32,000 nucleotides of DNA, taken from positions 930,001 to 962,000 of the forward strand of contig OZ245049.1 in NCBI GenBank assembly GCA_965224465.1. The letters run 5' to 3'. The position numbers and the translations under genes are program-made. The notes below the pieces were generated by a model, which had not been told where the DNA came from, made no database searches, and saw nothing but the letters and a program-made list of their open reading frames with translations. Every line of letters begins with the position of its first letter. Within the stretch, counting starts at the first letter, position 1. The DNA is from Flavobacteriaceae bacterium (GTDB taxonomy: Bacteria; Bacteroidota; Bacteroidia; Flavobacteriales; Flavobacteriaceae). Below, piece by piece: positions 15,869-24,175 of the stretch.

Positions 15869-15877
15869 CACAAAATT

Positions 15878-16210
15878 ATGAATAAACAAATTTTACCACA
15901 TGCTCAAAGTTCATTGGTCTTTGGAATACTATCCATTATAACTTCCTGTTGCTGTTTCGGAGTCCCTGGAATCATTTTCGGAATTATTGGCTTAAATAAT
16001 TCTAATAGAGCCTATGCTTTATTAGAACAAAATCCTGGGGAATATTCAGGGGAAGACAACGCTAATACAGGAAAAATAACATCTATAATAGGCTTAATTA
16101 TCGGCGGATTAATTGTTGCTAATATCATCTATCTATTTAGTAATGGAGAATGGACAGAGGTTATTGAGCAATTTGAAGAAGGAATGAGACAAGGTATGGA
16201 AGGTCAATAA
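15878..16210 (+). CDS. CCC-motif small membrane protein (DUF4190-like)
   Basis: 110 aa with two TM segments; the first contains SIITSCCCFGVPGIIFGIIGL. Confidence 0.7.
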   Translation: MNKQILPHAQSSLVFGILSIITSCCCFGVPGIIFGIIGLNNSNRAYALLEQNPGEYSGEDNANTGKITSIIGLIIGGLIVANIIYLFSNGEWTEVIEQFEEGMRQGMEGQ

Positions 16211-16298
16211 ACAAGAGCAATAACCGAATATTTCACGAATAACTATCTATAAATCATCCTGTTCTTTATGACATGGAAATAAGAATGATAGACAAACT

Positions 16299-16336
16299 AA
16301 AAAAGCTGTTTTCAAGTATTGAAAACAGCTTTTTTA
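16299..16336. terminator. Bidirectional terminator hairpin
   Basis: A-run, then agctgttttcaa-gta-ttgaaaacagct (perfect 12-bp stem), then a T-run. Sits between convergent genes. Confidence 0.8.
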
Positions 16337-16378
16337 ATGTGTTTTTTAGAAGTGCACTCCTAAAAAAGCACTTAAAAA

Positions 16379-17170
16379 TTATATTTCTTTTTCCTTATCA
16401 TAAGGAATACTACTTAGAATGTGGTTAATGGCTTCTACTCTCGCATAGGTCTTACGATTTGCCTTAATCCGTTTCCATTGGATTGCATTGTTTTCACCAC
16501 CTTCAAACATAATGCGTCTATAATGCGTGTATTGATCCCATAAATCTTGCGCCTTTTCATCCACAGCCGTCATTTTCCATTGTTTTAATGGGTTTGTACG
16601 AATGTCTTCAAAACGTTTTTCCTGTTCACGTTTAGAAATGGACATGTATATTTTGACCAAACGAGTACCAGACTCAGTAATCATACGTTCAAAATCATTG
16701 ACTTGGTTCATGAAAATTTCGTATTCCTCTTGGGTACAAAATCCATTTACAGGTTCTACAACGGCTCTATTGTACCAACTACGGTCAAAAAAGACAATTT
16801 CACCAGCCTTTGGAAACTGTTGTACATAACGTTGAAAATACCATTGTGTTTTTTCTTCCTCTGTAGGCTTGGACAGTGCAACAATTCTAAAGTGACGTTG
16901 ATTCATACGTTCTGTAATCCTACGTATAGCCCCACCTTTTCCTGCAGCATCTCTACCTTCAAATAAAACAATAATACGTTCATTTTCATCGATAGCCCAT
17001 TGCTGTAAACGAATTAGTTCTACTTGTAGTTTTTTTAATTTTTTTTCATAATCTACAAATCGTACAGCTTTTTCTACATTAAAAGGGTCTTTCATCAACA
17101 AGGCTCTAAGCCCTTTATTGGTGTTTAATTTATCGACATCTGCTTGGGTAATTGTGTATTCTTTTTTCAT
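16379..17170 (-). CDS. ppk2: Polyphosphate kinase 2 family protein (single-domain), copy B
   Basis: 263 aa with FEGRDAAGKGG (Walker A) and FFDRSWYNRAVVEPV. Its start overlaps the upstream stop as TAATG. Confidence 0.88.
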   Translation of the reverse strand: MKKEYTITQADVDKLNTNKGLRALLMKDPFNVEKAVRFVDYEKKLKKLQVELIRLQQWAIDENERIIVLFEGRDAAGKGGAIRRITERMNQRHFRIVALSKPTEEEKTQWYFQRYVQQFPKAGEIVFFDRSWYNRAVVEPVNGFCTQEEYEIFMNQVNDFERMITESGTRLVKIYMSISKREQEKRFEDIRTNPLKQWKMTAVDEKAQDLWDQYTHYRRIMFEGGENNAIQWKRIKANRKTYARVEAINHILSSIPYDKEKEI

Positions 17171-18030
17171 TAGTCGGTCTGATTAGATGAACGAAAATAG
17201 CGCATAATATAATTTGGATCTGGGATTACAGAAGTCGTTGAATCTTGTTTTCCTTCATAATCAAAACAAGAAAGGACATGCCGTATACACTCTAATCTCG
17301 CAGCCTTTTTATCATTTGCTTTTACTATAATCCACGGACTATAACTGGTATGAGTTTTACCAAACATTTGGTTTTTATACAAACTATAATCATCCCATAA
17401 TTCCTGTCCTTTTTTATCTACGGGACTAAATTTCCAACGTTTTAACGGGTTTTTTATTCGTGAATCAAAACGTGCTAATTGTTCTTTTTTAGAAATTGAA
17501 AACCAAAATTTAATAATTACAATCCCATCTTCATATAACATATGCTCAAATTCTGGAACTTGCTGCATAAACTCGTTATACTGCTGTACATCACAAAACC
17601 CCATTACAGGTTCTACTACTGCCCTATTATACCAACTACGGTCAAAAAAGGAAATTTCTCCAGGATTTGGTAAATTTTTTATATACCTCGTAAAATACCA
17701 CTGTCCTTTTTCTACAGTCGTAGGAACAGCCAAGGCAACATGTTTTACTGAGCGCGGATTCAAATGCTCCATAAAACGACGAATATTACCGCCTTTTCCA
17801 GCGGCATCTCTACCTTCAAAAATCACAACTACGCGTTTTTTATGCTTAGAAACCCACTGTTGAAGTTTTACAAGTTCTATTTGTAAATTTTTCAATTCAG
17901 ATTCGTAGTATAAACGTTTTTTAACTTTCTCTATATTGATATTCTTCGTCTTGATGATATCTAGTAGCTCTTGGTTGGTAGCGCTATTCGAAAAATCTTC
18001 AAGGGTTAATACCGCAGTTTTTTTTTCCAT
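17170..18030 (-). CDS. ppk2: Polyphosphate kinase 2 family protein (single-domain), copy A
   Basis: 286 aa with FEGRDAAGKGG and FFDRSWYNRAVVEPV. Its start is 5 nt after the stop of the upstream membrane-protein gene. Confidence 0.88.
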   Translation of the reverse strand: MEKKTAVLTLEDFSNSATNQELLDIIKTKNINIEKVKKRLYYESELKNLQIELVKLQQWVSKHKKRVVVIFEGRDAAGKGGNIRRFMEHLNPRSVKHVALAVPTTVEKGQWYFTRYIKNLPNPGEISFFDRSWYNRAVVEPVMGFCDVQQYNEFMQQVPEFEHMLYEDGIVIIKFWFSISKKEQLARFDSRIKNPLKRWKFSPVDKKGQELWDDYSLYKNQMFGKTHTSYSPWIIVKANDKKAARLECIRHVLSCFDYEGKQDSTTSVIPDPNYIMRYFRSSNQTD

Positions 18031-18035
18031 TCACT

Positions 18036-18752
18036 TTAGGGTTCTACAGTTACACAATCTTTGGACATGTTAGATATCTGCAATTTCGCATCGGAAGGTG
18101 AGAGATAAGGAATCCCAAGACCAAGTCCGCGTAAAATAAATAACAAACCAATTATAACGACAAATACAGGGATAAATCGCTGTATTTTTTTTCGCATGGA
18201 TAAATTTACAACATTTCCGAGAAAAAAAATACTAACCATCATGGGAATTGTTCCTAAACCAAATAAAAACATATAAAAGGCTCCGTAAATTTCTGAGCCA
18301 GTAGCCACAGACCCTAATAAGGCCATATAAACCAACCCACAAGGTAAAAAACCATTAAAAATACCTAAGGAGAATAGTGCCTTACTCGATTTTCTTTGCA
18401 GGTAAATCCCCATTTTCTTTTTTACAGTTTGAATCAATCCAAAAACAGGTTTCGAAAAATTGTACTTATTTAATATCCGTGCAGGAACAAGCACAACAAC
18501 AATCATTACAACCCCCATTAAAATAGAGATACGCTGCTGAAAACCTGCTAAATATAATCCTTTACCAACAAATCCAAACAACAATCCAATAACAGAATAG
18601 CTAAGCACCCTACCTAATTGGTACAGGAATAATTGCCACAGCATTTTTGGAGTATTTGATCTATCTACGGGCAATACAAATACAATAGGTCCACACATAC
18701 CAACACAGTGCATGCTACCTGCAATACCTAATAAAAACGCAGTCCAAAGCAT
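18036..18752 (-). CDS. DsbD_2 / TauE-SafE-like integral membrane protein of the cco assembly cluster
   Basis: 238 aa with about 6 TM segments and an N-terminal MHCVGMCGPI motif. Its start directly abuts the fixH-like stop (TAGATG). Confidence 0.7.
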   Translation of the reverse strand: MLWTAFLLGIAGSMHCVGMCGPIVFVLPVDRSNTPKMLWQLFLYQLGRVLSYSVIGLLFGFVGKGLYLAGFQQRISILMGVVMIVVVLVPARILNKYNFSKPVFGLIQTVKKKMGIYLQRKSSKALFSLGIFNGFLPCGLVYMALLGSVATGSEIYGAFYMFLFGLGTIPMMVSIFFLGNVVNLSMRKKIQRFIPVFVVIIGLLFILRGLGLGIPYLSPSDAKLQISNMSKDCVTVEP

Positions 18753-19205
18753 CTAGTAATTGAATTTATCTTTATACAGGTACAATTTTTTATCGTAAGA
18801 CCAATCTACTTTCACATTCCATCTACCCTCTATTAATTTATCATCCTGAACCAAATACGTAGCATTTGTTAATACTATTGGTTTCTTAAAATCAAAATTT
18901 TCATCGGATAAACGCATAAAATAAATAGTTCCCTTAATTTCAGAAGCCACCATATTAGGAGGAAAATGAATCAATATACCTTGACTAGATTTGGTTAACG
19001 TAATGTTATTCTCTAACCCTTCAGCATTTTCTAATTTATCAAATTCTCCTTGATATTTCATTTCATCTTTATAGTAATGTTCTGAAACTAAATGATGGTC
19101 ATATTTTGGCACAAACGTTGCTTTATACACATAAGATAATATAAAAATTATAAAAGATGCTAATGCGATTACGATGCCCAAAGGCCATATTATTTTTGCT
19201 TTCAT
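18753..19205 (-). CDS. FixH-family protein
   Basis: 150 aa with one N-terminal TM segment. Lies immediately downstream of ccoG, as in ccoGH(I)S clusters. Confidence 0.65.
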   Translation of the reverse strand: MKAKIIWPLGIVIALASFIIFILSYVYKATFVPKYDHHLVSEHYYKDEMKYQGEFDKLENAEGLENNITLTKSSQGILIHFPPNMVASEIKGTIYFMRLSDENFDFKKPIVLTNATYLVQDDKLIEGRWNVKVDWSYDKKLYLYKDKFNY

Positions 19206-19264
19206 TTCTTTAATTTATCGTTGCAAAGGTATCTTAATTAAAATATCTTTGATAAAAACTATTG

Positions 19265-20680
19265 TTAATTCCTGAGAACAGGTCCCATAAAGTTTGTGGT
19301 AGTCGATTCTATTAAAACATCGTTTGAATAAATTCCCAATTCAATTTTTTCCTTGGAGGAACTCAAATCAGTTTTAAGAATATCTATAAATAACGTTCCT
19401 TCAATCAGTCCTTGTTTAGGAACAGTATAATTACCTCCTACCAAAATTACTTTTCCTTTATGTGATATCAATCGGATGTCAATTTTATCAATTTCTCTAG
19501 TTGTTTTATTGATTAATTTGAATGTATACACATTTTTAATAGTGGTATTGGTAGATTGAAATGTTTGTCCTGGAAGGTGGAAAATTTTTGCTTCAACATC
19601 ATTTCTAATAAATAACATGGTGACTAAAACCCCCATCAATACCGTAAGAATTCCTGAATAAACAACGAGTCGAATATTGAATTTAAATTTATTTTTCTTT
19701 ACTATTTCTTCTTCCGACGCATAGCGAACCAATCCTTTTTCAAATCCTACTTGTTCCATCACAGCATCACAAGCATCAATACATGCGGTACAGTTAACAC
19801 ATTCCATTTGTGTACCATTTCGAATATCTATACCTGTAGGACATACCTGAACACATTGTTTACAATCTATACAGTCTCCGTGTCCAAGAGCCTCTCTATC
19901 ATCTTTCCTATGTATTTTTTTACGTCCGTTTTCTCCTTCTCCACGAACAAAATCATACGCAACGTTGATAGATTTATCATCCAATAACACCCCTTGTAAA
20001 CGCCCATAAGGACAGACAATAATACATGCCTGCTCTCTAAACCACGCAAACACAAAATAAAATACACTTGTAAATATCAAGAGTTTTACAAAGGTTCCTA
20101 TATGATTTAAAGGACCATCCGTAATATGAGCAATTAGGACATCTCCGCCTATAAAATACGCTAGAAACACATTGGCAATTACTAAAGATAATAAGAAGAA
20201 AATAGACCATTTTGTGGCTTTTTTTATAATTTTATCTCGAGTCCAAGGCATTTTATCTAAGCGTAGTTGCTTGGAGCGGTCACCTTCAATAAAAAACTCA
20301 ACTTTCCTGAAAATCATTTCAAGAAAAATGGTCTGTGGACACACCCATCCACAAAAAATACGACCAAAAACTACCGTAAATAAAATGATAAAAACAATGC
20401 TTGTCAACATTGATATTACCAATAGGTAAAAATCTTGTGGCCAAAATGGAAATCCGAAAATATTAAATTTTCGATCCATTAAGTTAAATAGTAAAAACTG
20501 ATTACCATTAATTTTCACAAAGGGGGCTGAAAACAAAAATGCGATGAGCAACCAACTTACGTAGCCCCGATAATTGTATAACTTCCCTTTGGGTTGTTTT
20601 GGATAAATAAAATTTCTTCCACCATCTGCATTGATGGTTCCAATAGAATCTCTGAATGTTTCTGTGCCTTGTACTCCCAT
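19265..20680 (-). CDS. ccoG: cbb3 oxidase accessory protein CcoG (4Fe-4S ferredoxin-type membrane protein)
   Basis: ORF 19265..20728 starts at TTG; the ATG at 20680 (MGVQGTETFRDS) is preferred. Two ferredoxin Cys clusters (CIDCKQCVQVCP and CVNCTACIDAC) plus TM segments. Confidence 0.88.
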   Translation of the reverse strand: MGVQGTETFRDSIGTINADGGRNFIYPKQPKGKLYNYRGYVSWLLIAFLFSAPFVKINGNQFLLFNLMDRKFNIFGFPFWPQDFYLLVISMLTSIVFIILFTVVFGRIFCGWVCPQTIFLEMIFRKVEFFIEGDRSKQLRLDKMPWTRDKIIKKATKWSIFFLLSLVIANVFLAYFIGGDVLIAHITDGPLNHIGTFVKLLIFTSVFYFVFAWFREQACIIVCPYGRLQGVLLDDKSINVAYDFVRGEGENGRKKIHRKDDREALGHGDCIDCKQCVQVCPTGIDIRNGTQMECVNCTACIDACDAVMEQVGFEKGLVRYASEEEIVKKNKFKFNIRLVVYSGILTVLMGVLVTMLFIRNDVEAKIFHLPGQTFQSTNTTIKNVYTFKLINKTTREIDKIDIRLISHKGKVILVGGNYTVPKQGLIEGTLFIDILKTDLSSSKEKIELGIYSNDVLIESTTTNFMGPVLRN

Positions 20681-20841
20681 AGTGTTTTTTATAATGAAAA
20701 AGGCTATCTGTCTTTTTTCACTCTGCAATAATAACCATCTTTAGAAAAACAGCCTGTTACATAAGTGACAAAAAACACATAGCCCATCGCTATTTTAAAC
20801 TAAAAGCAGCGTCAAAAAGACACTGCTCTTTCTCTATTCAT

Positions 20842-21489
20842 TTATTTCCCGTCCCAAATAATGTCACCTTGCGGTGCTTTTGGTGCTGCAGGTGAAACAC
20901 CTTGCATAGAAATAATATAACTTGCCAATTGTTGACGTTCTAATTTACTGATAGAACTCTCCCATGAAATCATCCCTTTCCCAGGGCGTCCTCCTTTAGA
21001 TATTGTATTAAAAATATCATCCATTCCTCCACCAAGAATCCATTGATTGTCAGTAAGATTTGGTCCAATACCACCTCCTAAATCCACTAAATGACATGCA
21101 GTACAGGTCTTAGAAGCAAACAATTCTTTTCCTTTGGTTAAATTTTCTGCATCTTTAAAAACTTCCAAGTTTTTCACACTAAACAATTCTGGATTTGCCT
21201 TTTTATAAGCTTCCAATTCTATTTTTGCTTGAGCAACATCCGCTTTTAATTCATCATATTGATTGTAATCTCCACGCAATGCGAAAAAATAATACCCAAT
21301 ACTAATTACAATGGTAATATAGAACCCGTACAACCACCATGGTGGAAGTACGTTGTCCAATTCCTTAATCCCATCATAATCGTGATCCGTCATGATGTCT
21401 TCCTCTGTGGCTATGTCATGTGCCTTGGTCATCGACTTAATAAATCGTTTCCAACCTGATATGTGTTCTGAATTTTTATTCATGGTCAT
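20842..21489 (-). CDS. ccoP: cbb3 oxidase subunit III-like cytochrome c (CcoP), apparently monoheme
   Basis: FixP N-terminal signature DHDYDGIKELDNVLPPWW, one TM segment and a single CXXCH (CTACH) in 215 aa. Confidence 0.8.
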   Translation of the reverse strand: MTMNKNSEHISGWKRFIKSMTKAHDIATEEDIMTDHDYDGIKELDNVLPPWWLYGFYITIVISIGYYFFALRGDYNQYDELKADVAQAKIELEAYKKANPELFSVKNLEVFKDAENLTKGKELFASKTCTACHLVDLGGGIGPNLTDNQWILGGGMDDIFNTISKGGRPGKGMISWESSISKLERQQLASYIISMQGVSPAAPKAPQGDIIWDGK

Positions 21490-21670
21490 TCAATTTTGTG
21501 CTGTTAGAATCTAATGGAAATCGACTCACTTCTTCAATGTTTGATTTTTTCATTTTTATAACGATGAATAACATCACAACAAAAACAGTAAAAAACAGAA
21601 GTAGAGAAATAATCGGATAGATGGCTACCCCATCAATAGTTTCTAAATTATATTTAATATACCTTAACAT
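21476..21670 (-). CDS. ccoQ: CcoQ/FixQ-family small membrane protein
   Basis: 64 aa with one TM segment, positioned between ccoNO and ccoP. Overlaps the ccoP start by 14 nt. Confidence 0.7.
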   Translation of the reverse strand: MLRYIKYNLETIDGVAIYPIISLLLFFTVFVVMLFIVIKMKKSNIEEVSRFPLDSNSTKLNDHE

Positions 21671-21675
21671 TGTTA

Positions 21676-23859
21676 TTAGTTTTTTGCAGTACGACCTACT
21701 TTTATATCAGTTCCCAAACGTTGTAAATAAGCAATCAAAGCAATAATTTCTCTCTCTTGCATATTTTGATCTCCATAATTTTTAACAAACTCTGGATCTT
21801 CACGTAAGTTCTCAACAATACCAGCTGCTTGTTTAGCTATTGACTCACGAGCATTGGCAATTTCCTCTTTAGAATAAGGGTGACCTAAGGTAGCCAATCC
21901 TTCTAATTTAGCTTCAATTCCTGAAGCATTTAACGTATTCTTAATCAACCATGTATAACGTGGCATAATAGAACCTGGTGAAGTAGATCTTGGATCTAAC
22001 ATGTGCTTAAAGTGCCAGTTATCGTTGTATTTACCACCTATTCTATGTACATCCGGTCCTGTACGACGCGATCCCCAAAGGAATGGACGGTCGTAAATAA
22101 ACTCACCTGCTTGAGAATATAGGTCTGGATCGTTATCACTATAACGCGCTACTTCCGATCGAAATGGACGAATCATTTGTGAGTGACAGTTATTACACCC
22201 TTCTCTAATGTATAAATCACGTCCTTCCAATTCTAGTGGAGAATACGGTTTTACACTGGCAATAATTTTTACGTTTGATTTCACTAAAATCATTGGAACT
22301 AATTCTACAAGTGAACCTACTAAAATAGCAACGGTTGTAAGAATAGAAAACAAGATTGTTCTTCTTTCTAACCAAGAGTGAATAGGCTCTCCTACTGCTC
22401 TACCAGAAGAGATTTTTTTCAATGGAGCTGCTTCTGCAAGTTCATCTTCTACCTTAGACCCAATCTTAGCAGTCATCAATATATTATATGCCATAATTAT
22501 GAACCCTGTTAAATATAAGGTTCCTCCAATAGCACGCATCCAATACATTGGAATAATAGAGGTTACAGTATCTAAAAAATTTCCATAAACTAAAGTTCCA
22601 TCAGGCTTAAATTCATTCCACATAAAGGCCTGAGTAAATCCTGCGATATATAAAGGAATTGCATAAAACAAAATACCAATGGTTCCAATTAAGAAATGAG
22701 TATTTGCCAATTTCTTAGAATACAGCTCTGTTTTAAATAGTTTAGTTGCCAACCAATATACGATTCCTGCAATCATAAATCCATTCCAAGATAAGGTACC
22801 AATATGAACGTGACCAATAATCCAATCCGTATAGTGACCAATCGCATTTAAATTTTTAAATGATAACATAGGCCCTTCAAAAGTACTCATCCCGTAGCCC
22901 GTAATAGCAACCACAAAGAATTTTAATTCTGGAGTCTCTCGTACTTTATCCCAAGCACCTCTAAGAGTTAACAATCCATTAATCATCCCTCCCCATGAAG
23001 GGAAAATAAGCATAATAGAGAATACTGTCCCTAAATTTTGTGCCCATTCTGGTAATGCTGTGTACAATAAATGGTGAGGTCCTGCCCAAATATATAAGAA
23101 AATCAATGTCCAGAAGTGGATGATAGATAATCGGTAAGAATACACGGGACGATTTGCTATTTTTGGTACAAAATAGTACATCAGCCCTAAGATTGGTGTG
23201 GTTAAGAAAAATGCCACTGCATTGTGTCCATACCACCATTGCACTAACGCATCTTGTACTCCTGCGTATACAGAGTAACTTTTAAATCCAGAAACTGGTA
23301 AAGCCAAATTATTAAATATGTATAGAACAGCAATGGTTATAAACGTAGCAATGTAAAACCAAATAGCCACATATATATGTCGCTGACGACGTTTTAAAAT
23401 GGTTCCAATTAAATTGATCCCAAAAACCACCCAAATTAGAACTACCCAAATATCAATAGGCCATTCTAATTCTGCGTATTCTTTAGAAGAACTATACCCT
23501 AAAGGAAGCGTTATAGCCGCAGCTACAATGATTAATTGCCATCCCCAAAAGTGAATCCTACTTAATAAATCACTCAACATACGTGCTTTTAACAAGCGTT
23601 GCGTAGAATAATAAATCCCCATAAATGCACCATTTCCTACAAAGGCAAAAATTACTGCATTGGTATGCAAGGGTCTCAATCGACCAAAACTCAACCACGG
23701 AATGGCGTTGTCTGAACCTGCGAATTCTAAAAGCCCGGGAGCCACAAAAAGAAATGCTACTAGTAGCCCTACTAGCATTCCAACAACTCCCCATAGAATT
23801 GTTGCCCAAAGGAACATTTTTACAATTTTGTTATCGTAATAAAATTGTTCTTTTTCCAT
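21676..23859 (-). CDS. ccoN: Fused cbb3-type cytochrome c oxidase subunits I and II (CcoN-CcoO)
   Basis: 727 aa. The N-terminal ~470 aa is a polytopic heme-copper oxidase (HNAVAFF, GPHHL, IGHVHIG). The C-terminal part has the CcoO heme c site REGCNNCHSQMIRP. Confidence 0.92.
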   Translation of the reverse strand: MEKEQFYYDNKIVKMFLWATILWGVVGMLVGLLVAFLFVAPGLLEFAGSDNAIPWLSFGRLRPLHTNAVIFAFVGNGAFMGIYYSTQRLLKARMLSDLLSRIHFWGWQLIIVAAAITLPLGYSSSKEYAELEWPIDIWVVLIWVVFGINLIGTILKRRQRHIYVAIWFYIATFITIAVLYIFNNLALPVSGFKSYSVYAGVQDALVQWWYGHNAVAFFLTTPILGLMYYFVPKIANRPVYSYRLSIIHFWTLIFLYIWAGPHHLLYTALPEWAQNLGTVFSIMLIFPSWGGMINGLLTLRGAWDKVRETPELKFFVVAITGYGMSTFEGPMLSFKNLNAIGHYTDWIIGHVHIGTLSWNGFMIAGIVYWLATKLFKTELYSKKLANTHFLIGTIGILFYAIPLYIAGFTQAFMWNEFKPDGTLVYGNFLDTVTSIIPMYWMRAIGGTLYLTGFIIMAYNILMTAKIGSKVEDELAEAAPLKKISSGRAVGEPIHSWLERRTILFSILTTVAILVGSLVELVPMILVKSNVKIIASVKPYSPLELEGRDLYIREGCNNCHSQMIRPFRSEVARYSDNDPDLYSQAGEFIYDRPFLWGSRRTGPDVHRIGGKYNDNWHFKHMLDPRSTSPGSIMPRYTWLIKNTLNASGIEAKLEGLATLGHPYSKEEIANARESIAKQAAGIVENLREDPEFVKNYGDQNMQEREIIALIAYLQRLGTDIKVGRTAKN

Positions 23860-23893
23860 ACTAAAATAATGTTAGTTTGTTATTAATTATTGA

Positions 23894-24070
23894 TTATTGT
23901 TTGTTTTCTTTTTTAGTACTAGGTTTCACAAGTTCATCATCGAACAGCATTCGAACAGAAGGTGTATAGGTATCATCATATTGTCCACTTTTTAACGATT
24001 TTATAAAAGCCACAAAAAACAATACTGCTACTATAATACTTACCCCTATTGTGATGTAAATTACTCCCAT
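23894..24070 (-). CDS. ccoS: cbb3 oxidase maturation protein CcoS
   Basis: Not in the ORF track (58 codons). Manual translation gives MGVIYITIGVSIIVAVLFFVAFIKSLKSGQYDDTYTPSVRMLFDDELVKPSTKKENKQ: one TM segment plus the SGQYDD signature. Confidence 0.8.
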   Translation of the reverse strand: MGVIYITIGVSIIVAVLFFVAFIKSLKSGQYDDTYTPSVRMLFDDELVKPSTKKENKQ

Positions 24071-24112
24071 CGCTCTCTTAATTTATATATTTAGGAATAA
24101 AAACAGTTAAAA

Positions 24113-24128
24113 CATGATAATTATCATG
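24113..24128. promoter_or_regulatory. FNR/CRP-type box, perfect 16-bp palindrome CATGATAATTATCATG
   Basis: TGAT-N4-ATCA core, 43 nt upstream of the ccoS ATG in the 105-bp ccoI-ccoS spacer. Confidence 0.65.
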
Positions 24129-24175
24129 TAAAACAGACAAAATTGTCTTTTAATCCTAAATATCGAACAAATGTA

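Noticed and set aside
16379-18030. One PPK2 copy as a decaying duplicate or pseudogene
   Set aside because: Both ORFs are full length, keep all the conserved blocks I can recognise and are tightly coupled (TAATG). There are no frameshifts or internal stops.
20729-20841. Strong terminator splitting ccoP from ccoG
   Set aside because: The hairpin agcagcgtc/gacactgct has a mismatch and only a weak T-run on the minus strand. It is at best an attenuator, so it is not annotated.
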